Source of the DNA: Hyaloraphidium curvatum SAG 235-1
Taxonomy: Eukaryota > Fungi > Monoblepharomycota
Length of the DNA: 64,000 nucleotides
Reading direction: 5' to 3'
NCBI GenBank assembly: GCA_025558095.1
Contig: JAIVFI010000010.1
Span: forward strand, 1 to 64,000
A program made the position numbers and the translations under genes. Below the pieces are notes generated by a model. It saw only the letters and a program-made list of their open reading frames with translations, was not told where the DNA came from and did not search any database. This document shows positions 36,225 through 48,819 of this stretch, one piece after another. The number at the start of each line of letters is the position of its first letter. Position 1 is the first letter of the stretch.

Positions 36225-36608
36225 ATGAGCTCCATGCTCCGCACTCCGTTCCGCTTTCTTTTGGGGGGCACGATTGGCGCGGGCCTCGGAGCGGCCTACA
36301 CCGCCTATTCGTCCCTGACGTGGGTGGTGCGCGAGGTCAAGGACCTGGAGGTGCGGGTCTCCGAGGCGGAGGGCCGCATCGAGCGCCTGGAGGAGCGCGT
36401 GGACTCCAACGAGCTCAAGAGCTCGATCCGCATGGACGTCATGGAGCAGAAGATGGAGGAGTACCGCGCGCAGCTGCTGGCCGAGATGGAGATGATGAAG
36501 CGCGAGATCCGCGGGGGCCGGAAGCAGGAGCTTGCCGTGCCGCTGCACGAGCAGGTCCGACGCGAGGGCAAGCGGCCGCTTACCCCGCCGCCCGAGCCGC
36601 GGGAGTGA
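36225..36608 (+). CDS. Small single-TM coiled-coil protein
   Basis: FLLGGTIGAGLGAAY hydrophobic segment followed by a heptad-like E/K/R-rich region; strong GC3 codon bias. Confidence 0.6.
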   Translation: MSSMLRTPFRFLLGGTIGAGLGAAYTAYSSLTWVVREVKDLEVRVSEAEGRIERLEERVDSNELKSSIRMDVMEQKMEEYRAQLLAEMEMMKREIRGGRKQELAVPLHEQVRREGKRPLTPPPEPRE

Positions 36609-36831
36609 CCGGCGCCGAAGTGACAAACGGACCCGAACGGACCAACGGACTTGGCTTCGGGCAGGTTTGGACAGCCGCCCGGCCCCTCGGATTCTGCTGG
36701 ACTTGGGTCCGGCAGCGGAGTCTCTCGGCATGGTTGTCTTCTGTCGCGTGGAAGCTGGGAAGCGCAACGCTATGTTTTCGTTCTGCTGCTCATAGAATGC
36801 TCTGCCTCAACGCCTTCGCCAACGGTTCCGG

Positions 36832-38026
36832 CTACTTGTACGCGGTCGCTGCAGCAAACTGCTCGAGAAAGTCGTCCGCCTTGATTCGCGCCAGCATCTT
36901 GGCCTCCTCGTCCCTGATCTGTGATGCAAATGGCCTGTATGAGCACCGCGTGGTGGACACGACGGGATAGAGCTCGCCTTCAGGGCCTCGTCATAGACCT
37001 TGTCCGCGATCTCGCGCGGGATCACCGTGATGCCGTTCTCGTCCCCGTGGAGCAAGTCGCCGGTCCTGACCTCCATTCCTTATATGGTACGGTCAATGAT
37101 GTGTCCCACTCAGGGCAGCAAGAGCGGTTACCATTGATGTTGACGATGGCACCGACGTCTGAGGTGAGAGGGCCACGGGGATCAACTGATCTTCCCCAAC
37201 TGGACCCCGGCTCCCCCACCGTAAATGATGGGCCTCCCGTGCGCAACCACGAGGCCCCTCCCAAAGTAGTGCAGCCCCCCCAGCGCCTTGACCTCGTGGA
37301 TGTCCCTCAGGCCCCCGTCCGTCACGAGCCCCACCGCCCCGCAGCGCTTCATGGTGGTCGCCATGATCTCCCCCGCATGGCAGCTCACGTCCAGCTTGAG
37401 TCTGTCGCCGTCGTCGCCCACCACGACGACGACGGGCACGCCGTCGGGGGAGAGGGAGTGGAGCTGGTGCACGGCGGCGTAGAGCTTCGGCCGGTCCTCG
37501 GGGCCCATCCGGTTCTCGGTGGTGCTGTCACCGCGGACGGTGACGGCGTAGCCAACCTGAAAAATGGGGGAGAAGAGTAGTCAGACGCGGTCAAGGCGTG
37601 CGGAGGTGTTCCAGGCTGCGTCCTGGCCACAACGCGTCGCGGTTCCCGGCAAATCGCGCTTCCGGCCCTCGCAAACGACCATGGCCCACTTTCTTTCCGC
37701 GATTCCGGCGCCGAAACGTGTCCCTGCGGCCCGACGGGCCGCGAACGGCAGTGTCTCCCAACGCACCATCGATCCCATCCCCGGAATCAGGCAGTTGACC
37801 CCCGTCCCGCAGTACCCGGCTACCCTCGGCCTGATTTTGAACGGCTCAATCGCGTTGGCCTCGATTCGGAGTCAGTCGGGGGCAATGCGGAGGGGTGGAG
37901 GGCACGGGTGCTCACTATGGTCGGGGAGTCGATGGAGGCCAGCTTGTCGAGCTCGGCCTTGGGGAGGGGCTTGAAGTCCGGGGGAAGGAGGGAGGAAAGG
38001 TTGATGAGGGAGCCCGGAGTGGACAT
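36832..38026 (-). CDS. RraA-like / HMG aldolase family protein, about 5 introns
   Basis: IDSPTI|ANAIE, VGYAVT, HAGEIMAT, GLVTDGGLRD, GDLLHGDENG. Confidence 0.85.
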
Positions 38027-38496
38027 CGTGGATTCCGTGGGTGGAGGTGGGAGGTCCGAGCAGCTGCTTGGACAGTACGCGCGACGCGTCCGGGTCGGGC
38101 CTCCTCATCGAAGGCTCCTCATGCGGGCGTCACCTTCAAATCAAAGCATGGAAGTTGTTGCTTTTCATTCATGGCTACAAACTTGATGGATGAAGACGTC
38201 AAGAAGATTTGGTGAGCGGTGCCACCGCGACCGATTGTCCGAATGTATACACGTTCGACGCAGGAATTGAACGGTGACGGGGCCGCAAAAACAAAGCCCA
38301 CTTCGATGACTGGAGCTTTGCGATCTAATTTGATAGTCGCCCATTTCCATACGCAGCCTTTTAGAATCCTGATATGGAGACGTGGGCATCAATTCGCGAT
38401 GGTGGAAGCAAGCCTACAGAAGAAAGTCATCCGAATCCTCGATGCACGGGTCAAAGTATGGCAGATTCTATTCGTACAGAGTTCCATTCCTTTTGT

Positions 38497-41230
38497 TCAT
38501 GCGGTGTACCCGAATTCCTTTTCGAAGTCCTTCAGCACGTCCGCGTCCTCAACTGCAGGAAAGGACGGGTCAGAGACGTTCGGCGCCCAACACAACAATG
38601 TCACCCACTCGTCGCGGGCATGTCGTACTTGGCATTGTTGACGATCGACCGGATGGTCTTCCGGAGGACTAGAAACGAAAGGATCAGTCCGCGTGCCAAC
38701 TCGTCCCCGAGCCGACCACCCACTCTTCCCGCTCCGCGTCTTGGGCAGCTTCGCCATCACGTGCACCGAATCGAAGCACGCGAACGCGCCGATCTGCGCA
38801 CGGATCGTGCGCACCAGCTCCTTGGTGATCTGCTCGTTGGACACGTCCGACCCGGCCTTGAGCACGACGAAGCCCAGCGGCTTCTCGCCCTTGAGCTTGT
38901 CCGCGACACCGATGACGCAGCACTCGGCCACGTCGGGGTGCTCGCTGACGATCTCCTCCATCTGGCCAGTGCTCAGGCGGTGGCCGGCGACATTGATGAT
39001 GTCGTCCGTGCGGCCCATGACCATGAGGTATCCGTTCTTGTCGAACAGGCCGGCATCCGTGGTGTCATCTGAAGCACGAGTCAGCCGGGCCGGCGCAGCG
39101 TGTGACGGCGGCTACACCCACAGAACCCATCGAACCGCTTCAGGTAGCTCTTCTGGTAGCCCGCCGGGTTCTTCCACAGCGTCCTGAACACCCCGGGCGG
39201 CAGCGGCAGCCGCACCACGATGCCGCCCATCTCCTCGGCGGCGCACTCGCTGTACTCGAGCTTCTGCCCGTGGGTCACGTCCAGCGACTCGTGCTCGTCG
39301 ACCTTGGGGTCGATCACGCGGATGTCGAAGCCGGGCATGGGCAGGCCGGCGGAGCCGATCTTGACCTGCGGGATGGGCTGGGGCTCGTGGCCCGCTGGGG
39401 TGATGTCGGAGAGGAGGTCGCCGTAGGTCTTCTCGAGGCCGAGGCAGACGCCGGCGATGGGCCAGCCTGGACGGGAGGCGTTAGATCAAAAAGCGCGGCA
39501 AGTCTGGCCAACTACGAACCAGTCTCGGTCTGCCACCAGTTGTCGATGACGGGCACACCGAGCAGCTGCGCAAAGTGGTTCGCCGTGTCCGTGTCGCAGC
39601 GCTCGCCGGCAACGAACATGACCTTGAGCGAGGAAATGTCGTGCTGGCGGAGGTAGTGCCCGTGCGGGTCCTCGCGGTTGACGGCGCGGAGCGCCGTCGG
39701 GGCCGTGAACAGGATCGAGGCCTTGTGCTCCTCTACGATGCGCCAGAAGGCGCCCGGGTTGGGCGTCACGGGCTTGCCCTCGTAGATAATGCTGGTGCAG
39801 CCGTTGAGCAGGGGGGCGTAGCAGATGAAGGTGTGGCCGACGACCCAGCCGAGGTCAGAGGCGGCGAGGACGACCTCGCCGGGAGCGGCGCCCATGAAGT
39901 GCTTCATGGCCCACTTGAGGGCCACGGCGTGGCCGCCGTTCTCGCGGACGATGCCCTTGGGCACGCCCTGTGGGATGGCAAGGGATCCTTGATCAACGCC
40001 CGCCGAGCCGATCAGAGCCTCTTCAACCCACCGTGGTGCCGCTGGTGTAGAGCACGTACAGCGGGTCCTCGCTGTCCATCTCGGCGTACTTCCTGGGCTT
40101 GCGCTTCTCGGCCTTGACCCGCTTAACCTCGGCCTGCCAGTCGATCTCCTTCTTGGCGGGGTCCAGCACCGCGGGCACCTGGGCGCGCTGCAGGCAGATG
40201 ATCTTGGGGGGGTTCGCCTGGGCGTGGGCCGAGTGCTTGAAGGACTCGTGGACGAGCGGGAGGTACGGGATCACGCGCGAGGGCTCGATGCCGCAGGACT
40301 GAGGTGGTCGTCAGCATGGGTCGAGGCGTGATCCCAGTGATCGGAACTCACCGCGGTCAGGATCACTTTGGGCTGGCAGTCGTCGAGGCGCTTGGCGAGC
40401 TCCTTGGGCGCGAAACCGCCAAAGACGACCGAGTGGACGGCGCCGAGCTTGGCGCAGGCCAGCATGCCGACGACGGCGTCGACGACCATGGGCATGTAGA
40501 TGATGACGGTGTCGCCCTTGTTGACGCCGTGGTCCGCAAGGACGTGGGAGAAGTGGTCGACCATGGTGTTGAGCTCGGAGTAGGTGACGCGGCGGCGCGC
40601 GTTGGTGTAGGCCGAGTCCCAGATGAGGGCGACGCTATCGCCGCGCCCCTCGTCGACGTGGCGCTGCAGGCAGTTGTAGGCCGTGTTCATCTTGCCGCCC
40701 TTGAACCAGTGCCACTGCGGGGAGGCCGGGATCAGCAACGCCACACCATGCCGCCCGAGGACGCAGTCGAGTCATTCCGCGCCGCCAGGTCGCCATCGCG
40801 CCTCCCGCGACCGCAGGCAGGATTTTCCAATGGAATGAAAGAGACCCAACGCCATCCCCGACCCGAAACGCACCTCCTTGCCGCCGTCGGTGCCCTCGAA
40901 AATCTTGTCCGGGAACCTGAACCACTTGAGGTCCAGCGCGGCCTGGCCCCAGAATCCGGCCGGGTCCTCGAGCGACTGCTTGTGCACCGCGGCCTGCAGC
41001 GAGTCGTTGTGGCCGTGCGCGTCGGCGCCGGTCGCGAAGGAGCGGGCGGGGGCGGGGGCGGGCACCCGCTGGGAAAACGGGGCCGGAGCAGCAGATGCAG
41101 GCCGAGCAACCGTGCGGATGGCCGCGGCGCACGGAGCGACGCGGACGGCGGCGGGCGCCGCGGCGCGGACGGCGCGTGCGGCCGGCGCGAGGCGGGTGGC
41201 GCGCGCGGCGAGCTTCGACGGCGCGGGCAT
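38497..41230 (-). CDS. Mitochondrial short-chain acyl-CoA synthetase (ACSS3/propionyl-CoA synthetase PrpE-like)
   Basis: Presequence; YTSGTT|GVPKG AMP-binding motif, DNWWQTETG, GRTDDIINVAGHRLS, LPKTRSGK. Confidence 0.92.
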
Positions 41231-41626
41231 CGCGGCGGGGGGGCGCTAGGGGCTCCTGGGCTCCGCTTGGGGTGCTCGGAGTTTCCGCGTAACCACGCAG
41301 CTCGGGTTACAGCGGTGCTCGTCGGGTTCCGGCCGGTGAATAGTCAGACGGAGGGAACGCCCGGCTCTGCGTCATGGCCCACTCTCCGCGCGGGCCCCGC
41401 GTCCCCGCCGCATTACAAACACACAGGAAACGGGCGATTGGTGGCCGCAATCCAAACGATGTTGCCCGTCTGAGCTTGCTGACGGAGCTTCCTCGCCGAT
41501 TGGCGGGCAACAGGACCTGGATGGCTCGTTTCTCGCCCGCAGATATTCTGGAGAGTTTTCGCGAAACTCCGTTTCTCCTTGTCATAGCCCGTACACCATT
41601 CGCCGCAGCGTGCGGCACCCCGACGA

Positions 41627-44193
41627 TCACGACTGCGCGGAAAACAGTCCCCGGAAGAAGTTGACGGTGTTGAGCAGCCGGCTGTGCCGCCCAAAGTACG
41701 CCTCGGTGGTCTGCACCATCTGCGCCACGTTCGCGAACCCCATCTGGCCCACCAGCGCGGCGTTGAGCGACTCGATGCCCACGTCGCCGGGGGGCGGGTC
41801 GTCGCCGAAGTAGTCCCCCAGGCCGGCCGAGTGCAGGGCGAGCTTGAGGGCGAGGCAGAGGAAGACGGCGGTCGGGCGGCGCTCGCCCAGGCGGTCGAGC
41901 ACCGAGATGGCGATCTCGACGCGCTCCTTGAGCTCGTTGTGAAGCGCCTGCAGGTCGCCTGCGGGGACGGAGGAGATCTTCTTGACGAGCATGATGTGGA
42001 GCTGTGCGGCACGACGGCGGCGTCAGCATCGCAGCTCCACAGAAGCACACCGCCACGCAGCCCACCTGGGTGGTGAAGATCACCGCCTCGGTCGCCCAGA
42101 ACGGCAGAAGCTCCACCTCCACGGCCGGCAGCAGCCCCGTCAGCAGCGACGAGTGCTCCGCCGCCACCAGAAAGTCCGTGCTCGCCAGCCACTCGGCGTC
42201 CCCGAGCAGGTTGTACCCCTTGGGCGGGGTGTGCAGGAGCTCCTGCACCCAGTGGTAGTAGATCAGCACGTGCACGGCGAGGGTGCGGGGCATGCCGTCG
42301 GCGGGGGCGGGGGTAGGCGGGCGGCTGGAGACGTAGGCGCTGGATTCCTCGTGGGGGAGGCAGTCGTGCCACGCGCGGAGCTGCGCCTCGAGGAACTGCT
42401 TGTGCGCGGAGGTGCGGTGCACGTCGCGCTGGTAGTCGACGACCAGGGTCTGCGGCCGGCGGGCGTGTCAGCGGGTCCGAGGCGTCCACCGGGCCGACGA
42501 CGAACCAGGATGTACTGCAGCACGATCCCCTTGGCCATGCTCGACATCTGCGGCAGGAGCAGCGGGTACGCCTGCGGTCCGGCCATGAACATGCCCAGCG
42601 TCACCGGCACCCTGCCCGCCGCTTCCGGCCCCGGCCCGCCCGCGATGAACACCTCGTCGTGGCAAGGCATCGGCAGTTGCTCCATCCTCTCGAGCGGGAT
42701 GGTGAAGTACCGCACGGACGACAGCACGGTGAAGTTGCGGTCGTACAAGAAGAGCATCCACAGCAGCCGCCGCCGCTCCTCCCACCGGATCCAGTCGTCC
42801 CCCGTGCGGCCCTGCCGGCGGAGCTCCTCCATCGGGAGTTCCCGCCCGAGCAGGAGCAGCGTGTCGACGGTGCGGACGCCGGAGTACTTGTGGGCCGAGA
42901 GGGCGCCGAACGCAAAGGCGGCCTGCAGCAGGACGGCGACCTCGTAGGCTTCGACGGGGCGGGTGGGGATGAAAATCCGCGAGAGGATGGACTGTTGCAC
43001 CCCGAGGAAGATGTGCTCGCCCAGCTCGGAGCGGGAGCGGTGCGGGGAGGAGGCGACGATGGGGTCGAGCGCGGGATCAGAGGAGAACTTGATCGCCATG
43101 GCGAGCACCGAAAGGATGACATAGGAGGGGTAGGCCGAGGGTCGGTAGAGCAGGCTTGGGGGGTGGAAGATGGGGTTGGTGGGCCAGACGTAGCGGAAGT
43201 AGGTCCGGATCAGGCTGGTGTAGAGCGCCTGGTCGACCATGAAGGGCATGTCCATGGCGGCGCTGACGGCCATGAAGGCGGGTGCCGAAGGCGCCGGCGG
43301 CGAGAAGGAGGCAGGGTTGGAGGGGAAGGCGGCCTGAGCGGCAAACGCCGGCGGCTCGTTGAGTGGTGCCATGGCGGCCGACTGGTAGACGCCGATGGAG
43401 CTGGATCCGCTGGTCCCCGGGTAGCCGAGCGGGACAAATGGCATGCCGTTCGGGGCATGCACGGGCGAGGGAAGCCCGGGGAACACCGACGGCTGGAACG
43501 CGAGCTGCTGGCCCGGCGCCAGGAACTGTGTCTGCAAGCCAACCTCGAACGGCACAGGCGAGGCGACCACCATCTGCCTCGGGTCAACGGGGTGCGCCGA
43601 GCCGTTGCCGAGCATCCCGTCCGACGGGTACCGCGCGACGGAGCCGTACTCCGACTCGGAGGGGATGGAGCCCGAGTTGCCCGACGCGCCGGTGCTCGAA
43701 CGCTGCACGGGGCGCGAGCCGTTCGTCTCGGTGGGCGAAGTCTGCTGCAGCGCGCGCGCCTCTGCCCTGCGGGACTCTTCCAGCATCTGCTCCAATTTTT
43801 CGAGGCGCTCTGCAATAAGGGGGGGGGGGTTGGAACGGGGATCAGCGGGGGATGGGAGGCAGGCGCCCCACCCTTCATCGAGGTCGAGCCCTTCGGCGGC
43901 CCGCGCTTCTTGACGCTGCGCGTGAACAAGCAGTCGAGGTCCTTGCGCTCGCAGCGGCCGCACCGCGGCGCCGCGCCGTCGCACTTTGCCCGCCGAGCCG
44001 AACACGCCTGAACGGGGAGGGAACGGGGCGCGGCCACCGGGCGACCGCGTCAGCAATACAAACATGATTAGAAAGCAGGTTACCGCACATCGCAGGCCGT
44101 CGTCGCGCGCTGCGGGCGGGAGTCAGCGGTCGCCCGGGGTGGCAAGGCCACCGCGCCCACCTGCCGTCCGCCGCCGCCGCCGTTTCCGTCCAT
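41627..44193 (-). CDS. Zn(II)2Cys6 transcription factor with fungal TF middle homology region
   Basis: Splicing gives ACD|ACSARRAKCDGAAPRCGRCERKDLDCLF...KKRGP. Downstream YFRYVWPTNPIFH and EERRRLLWMLFLYDR. Confidence 0.9.
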
Positions 44194-44379
44194 CTCGCTG
44201 CGGTGCGCGCGTTCGACCGCTGGGAGGCCCGCGTCGCGCCGCGTTGGACCCCGAGGCCGGCCGGGCTGTGGGTGGTGGTCGGCCGGCGGCGTTCGGTCGG
44301 GAACCCGATGACGGCTGGGGTTGGTTGTCCCTACTTCGCCTCCTTCGCCGTTCCACAGAAACTTGGAATCTGGCGAAGT

Positions 44380-44973
44380 GCGGAGGCAGCGCTGCTTAGT
44401 CCGGATAAAATGGATTCTGCCAGCCGGATGGCATGGCGGAGCCAAACGGGAGCGTTTGAGGACCCGGCGGGAAGGGGAGTCTTTCCGGGGGCGCACCGCC
44501 GCTTTGGCCGTCGGCCAGCTAGTCCGCACGCGCCGCTGGCATGCAGGCATCACCGCTCGCTCACAACATCCGGAAAGCGTTTCCGGCAAATGCGGAAAAG
44601 GTGCGGCGCGATCCCGCTTCGCCAGCGCTCTCCGACTTCTACCGCCCCCGGGGGAGAATGTGGGATTCCGGTGCTCAGCGCAGCCATCCGCCGCGAGGTA
44701 CCCACCCGCGTGGCTCCGCTGGCGATCCGCGATCACCTCTACTGATTCCGAGCGGACGGGCACAGGGCTTGCGGGGGAAGGACAGCCGAGGGTAGGGGCC
44801 GGGAAAACGGAGAAACCGGGGTGGCAACGGCCTTGGGCCCCGCGACTGCAAGGAAAAGGCGACTACCTGGCGGAAAAGTGGTCTCCTGGGTTGTGTCTCT
44901 TGTTCTTGTGCCTCGCTTCCACCCAGCGCGACAGAAGAGCCTCACAAAGCTGACGTGGCTTCACGCACCCCAG
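44380..44973. repeat. Copy 1 of a ~600 bp diverged direct repeat, upstream of the Zn2Cys6 TF
   Basis: Colinear with 46562-47159, including an identical 29-mer GGCCGTCGGCCAGCTAGTCCGCACGCGCC (44506-44534 = 46687-46715). Indels break any shared frame. Confidence 0.9.
44570..44586. promoter_or_regulatory. Palindrome CCGGAAA-GCG-TTTCCGG (CGG-N9-CCG), candidate Zn2Cys6 binding site
   Basis: Perfect inverted repeat. Copy 2 has CCGGAAAGCGTTTACGG (46751-46767). Further CGGAAA-like words are conserved in both copies. Confidence 0.4.
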
Positions 44974-45453
44974 CCCTCGCCGGGTGATTCCATCAGCTTG
45001 TCTGTCGTCCTACCGCAGAAGAATCCAGTTTTTCTGGAGCGGATTCGCCGATCTTCATGCTTGATGTTGCGGACGTTGCGTGACTTCGTCCTCAGACGAC
45101 GCTAATACCCCCTTGGAGACGGCACGCTGGGTTGGGGCAGAGGCGATTCGGACGTGGCGGAATCCCGACGTGCTAAGGCTCCTGCTCGATCTCGACACCA
45201 TCCGTGCCGACACATCTCTTTGTTTGTTTTGCACATTTCCTCGGTGCAGCAATTGTCGCAGATGCGTGATCGCGGCATCATAAGAAGGCTTGCGAAAGCG
45301 ACATCGGGCACGTCGAATATCCCCGAGCCCCGCTTGCTCTATACAATATGCTCCTACGCAGAGGCGAGTACACTTTGACCGGTCCCAACCCTGTGGAGAT
45401 CCAAAGTCACCCAACACGCCACAATCATTTCGCTTGCATGCCGCAATCCAACG

Positions 45454-46422
45454 TCATGCGAGGAAAGCCGCGCCGAGCGCGCCGACGGTCCCCCAGATCC
45501 CCCAACCGGCCGACGTGCGCGGGGCGGATGCGGGCCTGATGGTGACGGGGGAACCCTGGGACACCGTCGAAGAGGAGGTCGCCTTGACTGTCGCCGTGGT
45601 CGTCTGCGCGGCCGGGAGAACGGACGTCTGCGTCGCCTGGGCGGTTTGCGCGATCGAAGTGCCGCTGCGGGTCCTCGAGGCGCCCGAGGTCCCGTTGTTG
45701 GCACCGTCGTCGAACAGGAAACCGGCAGCGTCCTCAGTTTCGGTGTCGCCTTCGGTAGCGGGATCGGTTCCGGGAGCAGCGGTCGGGCTCGCCTCGGGGT
45801 CGGCTCCGGTAGCCGGATCGGTACCGGGAGCGGGGCTCGGGCTAGCCTCGACGGCCACGGACGTGCCCGGCGGCGTCCCCTTGGCGTACTCGCCCCCGTC
45901 GACGAAGAACGTGATGCAGCGCCGCTCCTGCGGGAGACCACTATTGATAAAGGTGTCCGGCGTCACGGAACGGCCCGCAATCTCGAAGTTCTGCAGCTCG
46001 ATGAAGATGCACTTCCCGTTGAGGCCGGCCAGGTCCAGGTTGGGCGCGGCGACGACCTTTCCTCCCTGGATTTGGAAGGCATTGCAATCGGCAGCGTTGA
46101 AGGCGCCGGGGATGTGCAAGCCGTAACTCGTCACCTCGCCCAACGGGGTGTACCTGGACGGAGGCCTGAACGCGGCGATGGAGGACGAAACCACGCCTCC
46201 GGCCGGAGTCACGGCTAGGCGGGGAACGTTCAACCCGCTGTCGACGAACACAAATCCACAGGTCTCAAAGGGATCGGCGGTACAGTCGAATCCCGTCGAG
46301 AGGATCTTCATGCCAGCGTCGAATATCGGCCGGCCGCATTCGTCCGTCTTCTGGGCTGCGCCCGCTGGCGCAAGCATGAAGGGGAGCGCGAGCACGGCGA
46401 GAAGGGTGGCGGGTCGGGGCAT
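45454..46422 (-). CDS. Secreted, probably GPI-anchored protein of unknown function (intronless)
   Basis: Signal MPRPATLLAVLALPFMLAPAGA; 6-Cys globular region; 2 x 18 aa repeat EASP..APGTDPAT; S/T stalk; hydrophobic C-terminus. Confidence 0.75.
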   Translation of the reverse strand: MPRPATLLAVLALPFMLAPAGAAQKTDECGRPIFDAGMKILSTGFDCTADPFETCGFVFVDSGLNVPRLAVTPAGGVVSSSIAAFRPPSRYTPLGEVTSYGLHIPGAFNAADCNAFQIQGGKVVAAPNLDLAGLNGKCIFIELQNFEIAGRSVTPDTFINSGLPQERRCITFFVDGGEYAKGTPPGTSVAVEASPSPAPGTDPATGADPEASPTAAPGTDPATEGDTETEDAAGFLFDDGANNGTSGASRTRSGTSIAQTAQATQTSVLPAAQTTTATVKATSSSTVSQGSPVTIRPASAPRTSAGWGIWGTVGALGAAFLA

Positions 46423-46561
46423 GGTGTTGCCGTTGCTGTGGGGGAGAAGAAGATCGGGGGGAAGCGGGCGGGCTATGCACTTAACTTGATTGTTGCGGGC
46501 CAAGAATTGTCGCGCGCCGCGTTTCATGGAACGACGCGGGAAGCTTGAACGGCGGCGGAGC

Positions 46562-47159
46562 GCGGAGGCAGCGCTGCCCAGTCCGGATGAAAGTGGCTCA
46601 GCACAGGTTGGCATGATGGGGCCAAACAGGAGCGTTGGAGGACCCGGCGGGAGGGGGAGTCTCTCCGGGACGAGCACCGCCGCCGCGGCCGTCGGCCAGC
46701 TAGTCCGCACGCGCCACTGGCATGCAGCACCGCCGCTCGCTGCAGGACATCCGGAAAGCGTTTACGGCAAAGGCGGAAAAGGTCCGGCGCGATCCCGCCT
46801 CGCCGGCGCTCGCCGACTTCTCTACGGTCCCCTGGGGAAGGCAGAATGTGAGATTCCGGTGCCCAGCGCAGCCATCCGCCGCGAGGCACGCACCCGCGTG
46901 GCTCCGCTGGCTTTCCGCGATTACCCTAAATAATAGCGAGGGGACTGGCTCAGGGCTTGCGCGGGAGGGACCGCTGAGGGTAGGGACCGGGAAAGCGGAG
47001 AAACCGGGTGGCAACGGCCTTGGCCTCCGCGATTGCTGTTATGGGAGGTTCACCAAGCGGATAATGAGTCCATTAAGTTCGTGTCGCTTGTTGTTGTGCC
47101 GCGTTTCCACCCAGCGCAGGAGAATGGCGCGACAAGTGGAAGTGGCTTCCTCGGCCCAG
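46562..47159. repeat. Copy 2 of the ~600 bp direct repeat, upstream of the GPI-protein gene
   Basis: Alignment by eye to 44380-44973. Confidence 0.9.
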
Positions 47160-47360
47160 TTTGACTTCGACCAGTACCCTTAGCCCACCTCTCGATTCAT
47201 CGGATTCTGAAAAACCCCATTGGAGCTGCTTCAGCTGTGATAACTGTTGCCCGTGGACTGAAAACATCAGACGTTTGTTTTGCGCTTTTGTCCTCCACGT
47301 CTCGAACGAGTCACCCACTCATAGACAGGACACTCTCACCAACGGGCGAAGACGATAGAC

Positions 47361-48714
47361 ATGGCAATGCTCTTCCGCAACGACCTGGAAGTGGAAGCCG
47401 GGGGCCACGCTAGTGGTGAGGTTCTCCTCCCGCACGCCAGCATGTGCATGGACGACCGGCCGACCGGCTCCTCTGGATCAAAGCGGCCTGCCTGGCCTGC
47501 GGCCAGAAAGACGATCCCCTGCGGCGCTGCGGTGCCTGCCAGACGGCGCCGTACTGTTCCAAGGAATGCCAGCGGGGCCACTGGGCTGCGCACCGGGAAG
47601 CCTGCCCCGTCCTCCTCCACCCGTTCGACTGTGCCTGAGCGGCCATCGCCCGTCCGGCTCGGAAACAAGCACGGCCGGGAAGCCACGCGCTCCAAGCCGA
47701 CGGCCCCGTGTCCCGTCGTGAACATCGTCAGCGACGCGGGCGCCCGGGCGCGCTGATGGTTGCGGCCTACAACGCCGAGAGAATGACTCTACGCGAAAGA
47801 CGTTGGAGATCTGCGAAAAGAAGGGGATCGAGGTCGTGCCCGACGCCTTCGACTGCAACGCAATCTGGACGTCGACCAATGGCTTCACCACGTAGCCCGT
47901 CACGCCGGGCATAATGAAGGACGGTGCGCAGCGTGATTCGAGGGTCATGACCTACGTCGAAACCATTATCAACGAGGATGGGCAGCGGACGCTGGCACTG
48001 GCCAATGATCTCGGCATTCGGGCGAAAGTTCTGGTCAGCTCCTTCGGCGACATCGCAAGCCGCGCATTCCCGGCGCTTCCGCCTGAGGCACCTCCTTCAA
48101 TGGCCGATCTGTCGGCAACGAAGGTCAAGCGCACATGCGACGGCCACCGCAAGCCCGTGCTCCCCGGCTGCGAGGAATGGGAGTTCCTTCACTGCCTTCT
48201 GCCTTCGGCGCCTGTAGCTACGCCCTCCGCACTCGACCCATCAAACCCCGATTCGCCCCTCTTCTTCCGCCGCACGCCCCCTGCTGCACCGTACGCGCCG
48301 GATGCGATTGAAGGCCGCGTGCTGACCGCCTCGGACCACCCGGGCCCCTTCTTCGCCCTCCCGGGGGACAGCATCACCGCGTTCGCGCTGTGCACCGCGC
48401 TCCCGACGAACTCCCTCGGCCTCGCCCCCGGATTGCACGTCCAGCACGTGGAGGTCAACACGAGCACGGGGCTCTTCCGGGTGCTCGGTGCCTCGGGGTG
48501 GAGCTTCGGCACGGTCGTGCCGGACAAGATGGGGCGGTACATCGCGGCGATGGGGGCGCGGTGCGCGGATTGTGAGGGGCCGGAGGGGCCGGAAGGGTGG
48601 CGGCGGCCGGCCAGCAAGAAGGCGATCGATGAGGAGCGCGATCGGAGGTTCGGGGTCAAGGCGTGCGGCCAGAAATACGGCAGCAACCAGTACGTTCCCT
48701 ATCCTCTCAAATAA
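47361..48714 (+). pseudogene. MYND zinc-finger gene, apparently disrupted
   Basis: CLACGQKDDPLRRCGACQTAPYCSKECQRGHWAAHREAC followed by a stop at 47638. Further frame changes and an in-frame TAG near 47893 precede a 266 aa coding-like ORF. Confidence 0.55.
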
Positions 48715-48819
48715 CGTAGCTCTGGAGGGTACAATGGTTTTCTTCGAGTAGATCGACGACAAGGGGAATCGGCGACAGGGGGGAGTGACCGGACCCAGCC
48801 ATCAGCTGGAAACCTCGCA

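Noticed and set aside
36832-44193. RraA-like + ACSS3 + Zn2Cys6 TF as a regulated metabolic cluster
   Set aside because: Only co-orientation supports it; no shared pathway or upstream motif is evident.
44380-47159. Intact LTR retrotransposon
   Set aside because: No gag/pol, no clear TG...CA termini, PBS or TSD were seen. Kept only as an alternative for the repeat's origin.
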